Shown here: positions 18,194 to 28,462 of the stretch, in pieces
Layout: every line of letters starts with the position of its first letter
How positions within the stretch are numbered: the first letter of the stretch is position 1
Origin: Candidatus Omnitrophota bacterium
GTDB lineage: Bacteria; Omnitrophota; Gorgyraeia; Zapsychrales; Zapsychraceae
Direction of reading: 5' to 3'
Assembly (NCBI GenBank): GCA_029261065.1
Contig: JAJDCB010000030.1
Location: 48,196 to 112,195 of the forward strand
Length of the DNA: 64,000 bases
Translations under genes and position numbers: made by a program
The notes under the pieces: model-generated
Databases searched by the model: none
The model's input: only the letters and a program-made list of their open reading frames with translations
What the model was told of the DNA's origin: nothing

Positions 18194-18279
18194 GGAATTG
18201 TCTCGATGTTTTTGCGAGACAATTCCCAATCTGTTTTAAAGACAGAACTTCTCTTGTTGAGGTTCTGTCTTTTCCTTTT
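18194..18279 (+). terminator. Two tandem hairpins, probable intrinsic terminator
   Basis: GGAATTGTCTCG/CGAGACAATTCC (18194-18226) and AAAGACAGAACTTC/GAGGTTCTGTCTTT (18238-18272) followed by a T-rich run. Confidence 0.6.
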
Positions 18280-18380
18280 GTTGACAAAAAAAAGTAGAAA
18301 AAAATGAAATTTTACATATTTCATAGTAAAATATTAGGAAAAGCTGACTTTTTTATCAAATTTAATATTATTATTCCACT

Positions 18381-18938
18381 ATGAATCTTAAAAGACTTTT
18401 AAATGATGCTCTAATAGATGCGGTAATTCAAACGTTTCAGAGTATGACTAATTACATTCCTTTGCCCACCGAAGGTAATATCGAAATCACGAGCGAAGAT
18501 AGTATTATGACCTCGATTAGCCTAGTTGGCATAATCAAAGGTGATCTGGAGCTATATATATCCTTAGCCGAGGCTAAAAAGATTGTTTCGATCATGCTAG
18601 ATAAAGATGTGGATGAAGCTTCCGCATCTGTAACGGATGGAATGTGTGAGGTTGTTAATATCATGGCCGGACTGTTCAAGAAAAATCTTAGCAAGAATAA
18701 GTTTAGTTTTGAAGTCAGTATTCCAAAAGCCATAAAAGGGACAAGGATTAGCAGATGTATTCCTTCTCAAATAACGGTTATTAACCAAAGTTTTATTTAC
18801 GAAGCTATTTCTTTTAGTGCTATGCTCGTCTATTCGATCAATAAAAGTCACATCCAGGAGATGGGGTTTGATGATATCGAAGAAGAAAAGGCCTTTACAG
18901 AATCCTTGAGGATGTTAAAAGATACATTAGAACCTTAG
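18381..18938 (+). CDS. CheX-family chemotaxis phosphatase-like protein
   Basis: DGMCEVVNIMAG (ExxN) motif, SIP motif. Confidence 0.75.
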   Translation: MNLKRLLNDALIDAVIQTFQSMTNYIPLPTEGNIEITSEDSIMTSISLVGIIKGDLELYISLAEAKKIVSIMLDKDVDEASASVTDGMCEVVNIMAGLFKKNLSKNKFSFEVSIPKAIKGTRISRCIPSQITVINQSFIYEAISFSAMLVYSINKSHIQEMGFDDIEEEKAFTESLRMLKDTLEP

Positions 18939-18958
18939 TCACCAAGTGTATTTTTTTT

Positions 18959-18992
18959 AAAAACCTTTGTTAATACAACAAAGGTTTTTTTT
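18959..18992 (+). terminator. Intrinsic terminator
   Basis: AAAAACCTTTGTT-loop-AACAAAGGTTTTT plus T tract. Confidence 0.7.
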
Positions 18993-19196
18993 ATTTAGGA
19001 ATTTCGGGGCTTAAACGAAATTCCATATTTGTGTAATACTCGGTAGTTTATTCTGGGGTTTATACCGTTGAGTTGGATTGGGATTAAGATGAGTCAAAAT
19101 AAGAGGTTTTCTTCTTTGTTATTTATTGACATATTGTAATATAAAAAGTAATCATGATCTTAAGGGTTATTCTAGGAAGGTAGGAGGAGTTTAGGA

Positions 19197-20645
19197 GTGC
19201 TGAAGAAAATAATATTGAGTTTTGGGGTGCTTTTTTGTTTTGCATCATGCATAGCGGCCGATGAGGGGTTTAAGATTTATGATCTTAAGGTGCCGGGCCA
19301 GACACAGCAGGTCCACTATCAGCTTTATTATCCCCAAATGTTTAAAGATAAGAATTTGCCTGTCTTAATTTGTGTGGGAGGCCTGCCGATTATTGATGGG
19401 AAATATGTGCATTCGGACACGAAAGAGTGTTTTGGGCCCGCTTGGAAACAAATGGCTGATGAGCGTGGCTTGGCTATTTTAGGGGTTGGGTTTTTGTTTG
19501 ATGAAGAGGATTGGAAGCACAAGAAGAGTTATCAGTATCCACGTGCTTGGTCGGGAAGAGCGGTATTAGATATTCTTCAAAAATTAAGTCAAGAACATCG
19601 AATAAACATCGATGAGCTATTTTTGTATGGTGTATCCGCGGGTTCTCAGTTTTCGATGCGATTTGCGTTTATGAATCCTTTAAAAGTGAAGGGTGTGACG
19701 GCACATGCAGCAGGGGGGTATGATCCGCCATTAGGCAAAATTCCAACTAAGTTTTTAATGACAGTTGGTGAGAATGATAATGTTAAATTTGTGCGTAAAG
19801 ACATGGCAGTCGAGTTTTCTCAAGCAGCTAGTTTGTTTGACATTGATCATCAATTAGAAATCATTCCAGATATTGCGCATATTCAGACAGAAAAGCAAAA
19901 TGAAATGTCGCGTGAGTTTATTCAGGATGTTTTGGACTCAGAAAATATTAAAGAAGATTTAAGTTTCGATATTCCGAGCGTAGCTATGGGAATTCGCGAA
20001 GAAGATTTGTTTACGACTTTTCCGCGTGATCAGGCACGGACACGCCGCGTCCAAGGTTCTGATGAATGGATTACTTACCTATATGGTCCCCAACAGAAAG
20101 ATTTTATTACTTTTTATATTAAGGAAGGGCAAGTTTTTAATTGGGGGCTGAATGCGCGTAGTGAAATTGTTGATGAGTATTTAAGTGAGTTTGCCTCTGG
20201 TGGATTGATGCGTAGCTATCCTAATATTTCTAAAGCATTAGTTAATGCGATGAATCACCTGCCAGAAGAAGCCTTTTTTAAAGTTACGGATCGTAAGAAA
20301 CCTCTTGTCTTTTTAGATGTGATCACCTCCGGTATCGCACGATATGCTAATGCAACACAGATGCGATTAAGAGCAGATGATCCGCCCGCATTTCAAGATG
20401 GATTTTATGTGATTAAGCTTGGCGATGAGCTTAATAATGGAGATGCGAAGGCTATTGAAGGGGTTATTTTGCATGAAATCATTCATGATTATTTGGATCA
20501 TTTAAATGGGGCTCCAGTCACATGCGATACAGAACGTCAAACGAATCGGCTTCTTAAAGAATGGGGATTTGAAGAAAATTGGCAGATGGCGAGTGATCAA
20601 TTTGGGGCAAAAAACAAGTCTGATAGTCCCTGTTTTGATGAATAA
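19197..20645 (+). CDS. Exported alpha/beta hydrolase with C-terminal HExxH domain
   Basis: Signal peptide, GVSAG nucleophile elbow, ILHEIIH. Confidence 0.65.
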   Translation: MLKKIILSFGVLFCFASCIAADEGFKIYDLKVPGQTQQVHYQLYYPQMFKDKNLPVLICVGGLPIIDGKYVHSDTKECFGPAWKQMADERGLAILGVGFLFDEEDWKHKKSYQYPRAWSGRAVLDILQKLSQEHRINIDELFLYGVSAGSQFSMRFAFMNPLKVKGVTAHAAGGYDPPLGKIPTKFLMTVGENDNVKFVRKDMAVEFSQAASLFDIDHQLEIIPDIAHIQTEKQNEMSREFIQDVLDSENIKEDLSFDIPSVAMGIREEDLFTTFPRDQARTRRVQGSDEWITYLYGPQQKDFITFYIKEGQVFNWGLNARSEIVDEYLSEFASGGLMRSYPNISKALVNAMNHLPEEAFFKVTDRKKPLVFLDVITSGIARYANATQMRLRADDPPAFQDGFYVIKLGDELNNGDAKAIEGVILHEIIHDYLDHLNGAPVTCDTERQTNRLLKEWGFEENWQMASDQFGAKNKSDSPCFDE

Positions 20646-20735
20646 GCCCAAATTTATTCACCCTATAAATCTCTTTCCAATACAATTATTCGATGGTATC
20701 GTGATTTAAGTTTTATAAATAATGATAAACAGAAA

Positions 20736-22937
20736 TTGTGTTCCATGCCTCTGTCCCCAAACCATCACATAATATTTACTAAAAAAAAGTCTATCGTATT
20801 ATTTGCTTTATCTTTTTGTCTTTGGATGTTTTGTTTCAAAGGATTTATATTTGGCGATTTAACACTCACCTCCGATGCGTTGGCCTATTTCGAACATTTT
20901 CAATATTTCTTAAATAATGTCTCTCGTGGTGTTTTTCCTCTGTGGGAACCAGCTCGGCTGGAGGGAACGCCTGTGGATTTCTTCTGGCGACGCATTGGCT
21001 GTTATAATCCTACTTTTAGTCTTATCTTATTATTAAAGACGGTTGGTTTTTCTTATTTAACGTCTTATTTGATATATTTTTCACTGTATTATTTTTTAGG
21101 ATGTTTTGCCTTCTACCTTCTTTGTAACCGTATTTTTAAAAATGCCAACGTTGCTTTTGTTGCCTTTTTATTGTTGTACTTTTCTTCCCTTTCAACCCGT
21201 ATTTTTGATTCTTATATCCTCCTGACATGCGTGCCTTTGAGTTGGTTGTTTTATTTTATTGTTGCCTTTAGCCAATCACCAAAGCGTAAAAATTTTCTTG
21301 GAGCTACATTTAGCATGATGATTCTTCTGACAACGTACGTACCTTTTTATTTTTTTACGATTGTCATGACCTTTGTTTTTTGCTTTTTTATTGTCTATTT
21401 CAAAACATCCCTGTTTTATTTAAAACAGTTTTTAACCTTTATAAAAGACAATAAAGTCTTAGCGGTGCTTTGTACTGCATTTTTGCTAGCATCGTTAATA
21501 CCTGGAATTTTGTTTTTTATCGAGGGGAGAAGTGGGGAGCTGGTCATTCCGTTGCGTCATGGAGAATCGACTTCAGAGAATATGATGGCTGTTGATTATG
21601 TGAATATTACTCGTTGGGGTCTCGAGGAGGATTTGGCTTATTCAGCCGCTTACTCCAATTTAAGAAGGTTTAAATTCGCCATTCTTTATGTTCCTGCCTT
21701 TAGCTTTGTGATTTTGGCTATTGGGTTATTGTTGGGGCTTAGAAAAAGATTGGTGTTTCTTTTTACGTGGGGATTGCTTCTCCTGCTTATGTTTTCACAC
21801 TATGCGCCTATTTATGATTTTTTGTATGATCATATTTTTTATTTTGAATACTTTCGCAATCTTCATTTCTTTTTGTGGATGATTATTTTACCCATTTTTA
21901 TTTTGTTTGTTGCAGAACAATTAAGCATCTATTTTTCCTTAAAAGAAAGAAAAGACATCAAGAATATGGCTATTGTGGTAGTTCCCTTAATTGGGTTGCT
22001 CGTCGTACTTCTTTTACAAAAAGATGCAATTCTTTCAACCTATCTCGTTGTATTTGGATCTTTGCTCTTTTTTGTTCTTTATGGATTAGGGATTCTAAAA
22101 GAAAAGGGATGGGTCTTATCCTGTATCCTTTTAGGATTAATCGTTATTCAGCCGTTAGAAGTTTATCGTTATTTACATCTTAATACGGAAATTTTTGATT
22201 CAGGGTATCGGCAAGTGGAACCAAAACTAACTCTTTCATTGCCTGATAAAGAAACACGAGAAGGTTTGGGTTTAAGTGAGAAATATCGAGATTTAAAAAG
22301 TTATAAAGAAGAGGCGCCTTTTAGTGTTTATATGGGTGTCAGTTGGTTGCATTCTCTTCGACGGGAGTTAAATAATGAGGTTTTTAGTGATTACAGTGCA
22401 AATAAACTGATTCTTTATGATAACGTTCAGTGGGTGGATGACAATGATGTAGATATCGACTTTGTTGGAGATGTGTTTGTTCAGAATAAAAATGTTGCTC
22501 TTATTGCATCAAAGGATCCGCAATTTTTACGAGAAGGGGGATCAAAGACTAAAAATCCACAAGCTCAGTTTGTAACAAAAACTTCTTCTAAAGTGAAAGT
22601 GAAACATTACGATATTAATGATTTGAAATTAGAAACACATTTGGATCGCGATCAGTTTTTAGTCTTTAACGATTCTTTTCATAGTGGTTGGCAGGCGTAT
22701 ATTGATGGAACCAAAGTTGATATTGTTAGGGCGAACCTTGCTTTTAAGGGATTGTGGATTCCAAAGGGGGAACATGTTGTAGTTTTTCGATTTGGACATT
22801 TATGGCAATACGCTTTGAACTTCTCTTTAATGGCCTTGTTTTATGCGGTGTTTGGCTATTTGCTAATTTTATTTTATTGTTGCAAGTATAAGACGAAAAG
22901 TAATAGTGTCGTCCCCGCGAAAGCGGGGATCAAGTAA
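20736..22937 (+). CDS. YfhO-family membrane (GT-C-like) protein
   Basis: FPLW motif, many TMs, C-terminal FHSGWQAYIDG..RANLAFKG..GEH. Confidence 0.8.
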   Translation: MCSMPLSPNHHIIFTKKKSIVLFALSFCLWMFCFKGFIFGDLTLTSDALAYFEHFQYFLNNVSRGVFPLWEPARLEGTPVDFFWRRIGCYNPTFSLILLLKTVGFSYLTSYLIYFSLYYFLGCFAFYLLCNRIFKNANVAFVAFLLLYFSSLSTRIFDSYILLTCVPLSWLFYFIVAFSQSPKRKNFLGATFSMMILLTTYVPFYFFTIVMTFVFCFFIVYFKTSLFYLKQFLTFIKDNKVLAVLCTAFLLASLIPGILFFIEGRSGELVIPLRHGESTSENMMAVDYVNITRWGLEEDLAYSAAYSNLRRFKFAILYVPAFSFVILAIGLLLGLRKRLVFLFTWGLLLLLMFSHYAPIYDFLYDHIFYFEYFRNLHFFLWMIILPIFILFVAEQLSIYFSLKERKDIKNMAIVVVPLIGLLVVLLLQKDAILSTYLVVFGSLLFFVLYGLGILKEKGWVLSCILLGLIVIQPLEVYRYLHLNTEIFDSGYRQVEPKLTLSLPDKETREGLGLSEKYRDLKSYKEEAPFSVYMGVSWLHSLRRELNNEVFSDYSANKLILYDNVQWVDDNDVDIDFVGDVFVQNKNVALIASKDPQFLREGGSKTKNPQAQFVTKTSSKVKVKHYDINDLKLETHLDRDQFLVFNDSFHSGWQAYIDGTKVDIVRANLAFKGLWIPKGEHVVVFRFGHLWQYALNFSLMALFYAVFGYLLILFYCCKYKTKSNSVVPAKAGIK

Positions 22938-23020
22938 TAGTTGTTATCGCGCACGGTTCCCCGCTTTCGCGGGGATGACACATTTAGTATCAATAGGTTC
23001 ACGCTTTCACGGGAATGACA
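22907..23020. repeat. Cluster of three REP-like palindromes
   Basis: TGTCGTCCCCGCGAAAGCGGGGATC plus inverted copies TTCCCCGCTTTCGCGGGGATGACA and TTCACGCTTTCACGGGAATGACA. Confidence 0.8.
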
Positions 23021-23038
23021 AATTTAGTTGTATAAAAC

Positions 23039-23965
23039 ATGAAATCATTTATTCATTACCTAAAACTCATCTCAACCCGCATTATCATCCTGTATCTCAT
23101 CGGCTATGGCATTATCCACATCTGTTTGGATGCAAAAGCCTCACAGCGTACGGCTAATCTATTGGCCTTAAATCGTATTCGGCCGGAGAGTTTTAATTAT
23201 CTCGTTAAGCTTTCAAAGGAGCAAGTTGAGCCTGATGCAGATAGTATTGATGGGTTTGTTCATTATTATGAAAAGGTCTTACAATTTGTTGGCCATCGCG
23301 CGGATGGTTATGGGCTGTTGGCCTATAGTTTGTGTCAAAAAGGTGAAAAGAAAAAATGTGTGGAAGCTTATAAGAGGGCTATTAAAGAGAATGCGACATT
23401 TTTTTGGTATTATCATAATTTGGGCGTGGTATATTATCAGGATGGTCGATACAAAGAGGCCTTTGATATTCTAAGCCAAGGGGTTGTTTTGCCTCCGGAG
23501 GCAACGTTTACGTATATAGGAACCTCACAGCGCTTGTATGTGCCTTTATTATCAATGGATTCCGAGGATATTCGGCCAAAACTCATTTCAGAATATAGGC
23601 TAGGGCATAAAGATAGTTATTTGATGATGGTTCAAAGCGCTTATGGATTGAAGGATTACAAAGAGGGGCTTCAATTGGCAATAAGAGCGATTGAGAATCA
23701 GTTAGACCAGCGAGGAGAGTTTTATTTTTATGCGGGTTTGGCATCGCATGAATTAAAGGATTATCCTAAAGCTGTGTATTTTTTCAAAGAAAGTATGAAA
23801 AGAGATGAAAAAAATCATGAGGTGGTGTACCATTTAGCGTTAAGTATTCAGGCCGCGGGAAAAGCCCAGATGGCGCAGAAAATTATTCAAAAATCAGAAG
23901 GGCTTAAACGTCTGTCGGGATCAACAGCATATTCAGATCAAAACTTTGCGTTAAAATTGTATTAA
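23039..23965 (+). CDS. TPR protein
   Basis: YHNLGVVYY and other TPR-like repeats, N-terminal TM. Confidence 0.75.
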   Translation: MKSFIHYLKLISTRIIILYLIGYGIIHICLDAKASQRTANLLALNRIRPESFNYLVKLSKEQVEPDADSIDGFVHYYEKVLQFVGHRADGYGLLAYSLCQKGEKKKCVEAYKRAIKENATFFWYYHNLGVVYYQDGRYKEAFDILSQGVVLPPEATFTYIGTSQRLYVPLLSMDSEDIRPKLISEYRLGHKDSYLMMVQSAYGLKDYKEGLQLAIRAIENQLDQRGEFYFYAGLASHELKDYPKAVYFFKESMKRDEKNHEVVYHLALSIQAAGKAQMAQKIIQKSEGLKRLSGSTAYSDQNFALKLY

Positions 23966-23975
23966 AGGGATAAGT

Positions 23976-25172
23976 ATGAATAAATCAAAACCGAGCATCC
24001 TACATCTGGCAACACTTTTTTTGATCGGATTGTATTTTTTTCTTTGTTTGACTCACTTTTCATTTCAAAGACCATTATGGAATGATGAGAGCTGTGTTTT
24101 TTTAAGCATTCAACAATTCTCTCAGAAAGAAATATTTACAAGGACGATGTTGGCTGATCAGGTGTTTCCTCGAACTTATTTATTTTTTATTCAAAGTTTT
24201 TCCACCATTTTTAATTTTCATCCTCTTAGTCTACGTTTACCTTCCTTGATATGTATGTTTATAGCCTTCTTTTTGTGGCTTAAAATTGCAAAGATTGTTT
24301 TTAAGAGTGAATTAGAACGTTTTATTTTTGTGTTATGTTGGTGCGCATCCATTCCGTTGGTGTATTATTCGGCGGAATTAAAACAATATTCGATGGATCT
24401 AATGGCAGGGGCCTTATTTTTGTTGTTTCTTTTTAAACAGCAACAGTGGCAGGCTTCTGAGGATAAGAAAAAATTTGGGTTAACACTTATGGCCCTGCCT
24501 TTTTTAGGGTTGTTTTCTTATCCAGCCTTAATGTTATCTTTTCTTCCTTTATACAATTTGTGTTTGTATGCCAAAAATGAGAATAAAAAACATTTTAAAT
24601 ACGTTCTACTATATGGAACGTCTATGGCGATTGTTATTCTCATATCTTATTTTTTTGATATGCGTTTAAGACCAATTAAGACTGTTACAGATGGATTTGG
24701 CGATTATTTTATTTCTTTTGCTTCGTTCGGTGAGTTTTTTAAGACCTTAGGGGAGGGAGTAAATAACTTGTTTTCGCGTTATTTGGCGGAACATCCAAAG
24801 GTTTTAAAGAAGTTTGTTCGTAGTTTTATGACATTTGGTTTGTTTTATATGTTTTATGCTTTTTTTAAAAATTTTAAAAAGCAACGCTATTATCTTAACA
24901 CCTTAAATGTCCTTGCCTTTGCTATCTTTCTGGAATTGTTTATGTTAGGTGCGTTAAAAAAATATCCCTTTACTGTACCAAGAACGTCTTTGTTTTTTTC
25001 TCCAATAGTTTTCTTTTTAACGATTAAGGGGATTGGTGTGCTTAAGGATATTAACAAGCCAATTTATTATATAATTAATACTAGTTTTATTATATTTTTA
25101 ATAGCGTTAACGGTGGGGCTTACAAACGTTGTTTTATTTCAGTATTTGGGAGGACAATCGGCCCTTTGGTGA
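23976..25172 (+). CDS. GT-C (GT39/ArnT-like) membrane glycosyltransferase
   Basis: LWNDE motif, LRLPSL, YYSAELKQY, many TMs. Confidence 0.75.
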   Translation: MNKSKPSILHLATLFLIGLYFFLCLTHFSFQRPLWNDESCVFLSIQQFSQKEIFTRTMLADQVFPRTYLFFIQSFSTIFNFHPLSLRLPSLICMFIAFFLWLKIAKIVFKSELERFIFVLCWCASIPLVYYSAELKQYSMDLMAGALFLLFLFKQQQWQASEDKKKFGLTLMALPFLGLFSYPALMLSFLPLYNLCLYAKNENKKHFKYVLLYGTSMAIVILISYFFDMRLRPIKTVTDGFGDYFISFASFGEFFKTLGEGVNNLFSRYLAEHPKVLKKFVRSFMTFGLFYMFYAFFKNFKKQRYYLNTLNVLAFAIFLELFMLGALKKYPFTVPRTSLFFSPIVFFLTIKGIGVLKDINKPIYYIINTSFIIFLIALTVGLTNVVLFQYLGGQSALW

Positions 25173-25194
25173 TTTAAAGGACTCAAAAATATTC

Positions 25195-25223
25195 TTGCCA
25201 CAAAGGGAGCCCCCATATATAAT
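25195..25223 (+). promoter_or_regulatory. sigma70 promoter upstream of trxA operon
   Basis: TTGCCA-17 nt-TATAAT. Confidence 0.6.
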
Positions 25224-25336
25224 AGGCTCCAATAAAGGACTTCATTTGGTGAAAAAGAATGTAAGTTGTTATATAATCAGAACTTGAGTGTTAATCGTAT
25301 TAATGCTTGAGTCATCAATACAAGTGGAGGTTTTGT

Positions 25337-25660
25337 ATGGCTGTTTTGGAAATAACAAATGACAATTTTGAGAGTGAAGTATTAAAGTCAGATTTGCCTG
25401 TATTAGTCGACTTTTGGGCAGAATGGTGTGGGCCATGCAAAATGATTGCCCCTATTGTGGATGAAATTTCAGGTGAGTTAGAAGGAAAGTTAAAGGTGTC
25501 CAAATTAAATATCGACGATTCGCAGGAATTAGCGGTTAAATTCAATGTTATGTCTATTCCTACTCTTTTGATATTTAAAAATGGTGAGCCTGTCGAAGCT
25601 ATTGTTGGTGCAATGTCCAAAGACCAGCTATTAGATAAAATCAACCCTCACGTAGCATAA
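25337..25660 (+). CDS. trxA: Thioredoxin
   Basis: WCGPC motif; GGAGG RBS before ATG 25337. Confidence 0.95.
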   Translation: MAVLEITNDNFESEVLKSDLPVLVDFWAEWCGPCKMIAPIVDEISGELEGKLKVSKLNIDDSQELAVKFNVMSIPTLLIFKNGEPVEAIVGAMSKDQLLDKINPHVA

Positions 25661-25669
25661 AGGTCAATT

Positions 25670-26020
25670 ATGTTTATAGAATTTTGTAAATCCAAATTAG
25701 CACACGCTACAATTACCGATTCCCATCTGCATTATGAAGGAAGCATTACGGTTGATATTGATTTATTAAACGTTGTTGATATTGTTCCAGGAGAGAAGGT
25801 TCAGATTCTTAATATGAACAATGGGCAACGGTTTGATACTTATGCGATTGAAGGCAAGGCAGGATCTGGTGAAGTCTGTTTAAATGGTCCAGCGGCAAGA
25901 TTAGGTTTGATTGGTGATAAGATTATGATCTTAAGTTATGCAATGGTAGACCATCAAGAAGCCAAGACTATAAAGACAAAAGTTGCGCATTTAAACGATA
26001 AGAATGAAATTAAGGTTTAA
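25670..26020 (+). CDS. panD: Aspartate 1-decarboxylase
   Basis: YEGSIT self-cleavage site, NNGQRFDTY, LNGPAAR. Confidence 0.93.
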   Translation: MFIEFCKSKLAHATITDSHLHYEGSITVDIDLLNVVDIVPGEKVQILNMNNGQRFDTYAIEGKAGSGEVCLNGPAARLGLIGDKIMILSYAMVDHQEAKTIKTKVAHLNDKNEIKV

Positions 26021-26022
26021 TT

Positions 26023-26520
26023 ATGGGGTCTCTCCTAAAGGTACGTCAATACGGTGATCCTTGTCTTAGGCAGAAGTCGGTTCTTGTAGAGGAAATTGGT
26101 GTCCCTGAAAGAATGCTTATACAAGCGATGGTTCAGACGATGCATGAAGACAAGGGCATTGGTCTTGCTGCTCCTCAAGTTGGTATTAATAAACGTATAT
26201 TTGTAATAGACATCGGTGATGGGCCTATGGTGTTCATCAATCCTAAAATTATTAACGCCGAAGGAGCTAGTGTTTTAGAAGAGGGATGTTTAAGTATTCC
26301 CGAAGCATTAGTAAAAGTTGAGCGCCCTGAGAAGATTCGCGTGCAGTATAGAGATGAAGATAATAAGTTGTTTGAACGAGATTTTGATGAGTTGCAGGCG
26401 CGTGTGATTCAGCATGAAAATGACCATTTGGATGGTAAGATGATTGTTGATTATGCGACGGAAGAAGAGTTGGCGAAGTGGAAGAAGAAGCTTGAAGAGA
26501 TTGAGAAAGAAAAAAAGTAA
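26023..26520 (+). CDS. def: Peptide deformylase
   Basis: GIGLAAPQ, EGCLS, QHENDH motifs. Confidence 0.95.
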   Translation: MGSLLKVRQYGDPCLRQKSVLVEEIGVPERMLIQAMVQTMHEDKGIGLAAPQVGINKRIFVIDIGDGPMVFINPKIINAEGASVLEEGCLSIPEALVKVERPEKIRVQYRDEDNKLFERDFDELQARVIQHENDHLDGKMIVDYATEEELAKWKKKLEEIEKEKK

Positions 26521-26561
26521 AGGCCATATTGGCATCCCCGCGCGAGGATAACACAATTCTT

Positions 26562-27449
26562 ATGACTACTACAACACCACAAAAACTTCCCTCCTGGTTC
26601 CGTCAGGACATTCCCAATATAGAAAAAATTCGTTCCATGCAAAAGATGTTTCGTTCAACAGGCTTACATACTGTTTGTGAGAGTGCGCGATGTCCTAATA
26701 TGGGTAAATGCTGGGGGCAGGGAGTTGCTACATTTATGATTCTCGGTGAAATTTGTACACGGGCGTGTCGGTTTTGTGCGGTTAAGGCGGGTCATCCTAT
26801 GAAGGTCGATGAAAAGGAACCAAAACACATTGCTGATGCAGTCAAGGCTTTGCAGTTGCGGTATGTTGTTATAACATCTGTTGCACGCGATGATTTGCCA
26901 GATGAAGGGGCCCAACATTTTTATGAGACGATTCAAGCGGTTCGTCAAGCGATGCCAAATATTAAAATTGAAGTGCTTATTCCAGATTTTTCAAATAAGT
27001 GGGATAGTTTAAAGGTTGTTGTTGATGCAAAACCTGAGGTTGTTAGCCACAATGTTGAGAGTGTTAAACGTTTATCAAACCGGATCCGTCCACAGGCGAG
27101 TTATGAGCGTTCGTTGGATGTTTTAAGGAACTTTAAGAAGCTAGATCGTGATATCTTTACAAAATCAAGTATTATGGTTGGATTAGGAGAAACGGAAGAG
27201 GAACTTATATCGACAATGAAGGATCTTTTGGCTGTTGAATGCGATATTTTAACAATTGGTCAATACCTGGCTCCAACCCAATTAAAGAGACATCTTCCTG
27301 TTGAAACATTTTATACACCGGATCAATTTAAATCATTAAAAACACTTGGCATGAAATTAGGATTTAAACATGTTATGAGCGGTCCCTTGGTAAGAAGTTC
27401 GTTTATCGCTGAAGAAGGGTATCGTGAGTGTGTGGAGAGTTTAGGATAA
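26562..27449 (+). CDS. lipA: Lipoyl synthase
   Basis: CESARCPNMGKC, CTRACRFC, GPLVRSS. Confidence 0.95.
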   Translation: MTTTTPQKLPSWFRQDIPNIEKIRSMQKMFRSTGLHTVCESARCPNMGKCWGQGVATFMILGEICTRACRFCAVKAGHPMKVDEKEPKHIADAVKALQLRYVVITSVARDDLPDEGAQHFYETIQAVRQAMPNIKIEVLIPDFSNKWDSLKVVVDAKPEVVSHNVESVKRLSNRIRPQASYERSLDVLRNFKKLDRDIFTKSSIMVGLGETEEELISTMKDLLAVECDILTIGQYLAPTQLKRHLPVETFYTPDQFKSLKTLGMKLGFKHVMSGPLVRSSFIAEEGYRECVESLG

Positions 27450-27451
27450 AC

Positions 27452-28462
27452 ATGGCAGAGAATAATAAATTAAAAGATATCGGCTCCTTTATTATGCGCT
27501 TTGGCGTTAGCGCATTATTATTGTGGTTTATTTATACAAAAATTGATGTCGAACAGACGAAAGAAGTTTTAAAAACAGCAAAAATTTCTTATATTGTTTA
27601 TGCCTTCTTGATTTTTTCTTTTGGCCATTCTTTTCTGATTTATCGGTGGTGGATTTTTATTAAGGCGTTGGATTTAGTGACAACAGTGATGAATGTTACC
27701 CGCTATTTTTTTATTGGTCTGTTTGGGAATCTCGTTTTGCCAAGTGCCATTGGGGGAGATGTGATAAAAATTTTAGGCATGTGTAAGACCAGCGATCAAA
27801 AGCCGCGTGTGATTGCCTCTGTTTTGCTTGATCGTTTAAGTGGGTTTGCTGGGCTTGTGATTGTCGCTGTTTTCTCGTTTATATTTGGTTTTAATCTTAT
27901 CGAAAATAAAATGTTGGCGATTCCTATTGTATTGATGGGTGTTGGGTCCTTCTGTATTATTTCTATTTTATTTAATGAAAAGATCTATTCGTTTTTTTGT
28001 AAAGTTTTTGGCAAGTTTCCTAAGCTCCAAAAAAGTCTTATGAATATGCATTATGATATTATGTTGCTCAAAGATAAACCAATGGAGGGGTGGAAGGCTA
28101 TTGGTTTATCCGCTTTTGGACAAATCAATTTGGCACTTTGTTATTATTTGCTTGCTTTAGGGTTACATCAAAGTGTAAATCCTGTTTATTTTTTAATTTT
28201 TATTCCTATTATTTGTGTCGGCTCTGCTTTTCCATCGATTGGGGGATTAGGTGTCAGAGAGGTTGTTGCTGCTATTTTGTTTGCTCAAATTGGGGTTGGA
28301 GAAGGGATCGCGGTAAGCATGACACTGCTTAATTATTTATTTATGATTGTTATGGGTTTATTAGGAGGATTGTTTTATGTCGTTACAATACCTTCTGGAC
28401 GGGTACAACATCAGTCATCAGATCGAGATGCCGGAGAATCTGTCTCTTCAGGAACAGCGTGA
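27452..28462 (+). CDS. Lysylphosphatidylglycerol synthase TM / flippase-like protein
   Basis: LPSAIGGD, LLDRLSG, PSIGGLGVRE. Confidence 0.85.
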   Translation: MAENNKLKDIGSFIMRFGVSALLLWFIYTKIDVEQTKEVLKTAKISYIVYAFLIFSFGHSFLIYRWWIFIKALDLVTTVMNVTRYFFIGLFGNLVLPSAIGGDVIKILGMCKTSDQKPRVIASVLLDRLSGFAGLVIVAVFSFIFGFNLIENKMLAIPIVLMGVGSFCIISILFNEKIYSFFCKVFGKFPKLQKSLMNMHYDIMLLKDKPMEGWKAIGLSAFGQINLALCYYLLALGLHQSVNPVYFLIFIPIICVGSAFPSIGGLGVREVVAAILFAQIGVGEGIAVSMTLLNYLFMIVMGLLGGLFYVVTIPSGRVQHQSSDRDAGESVSSGTA

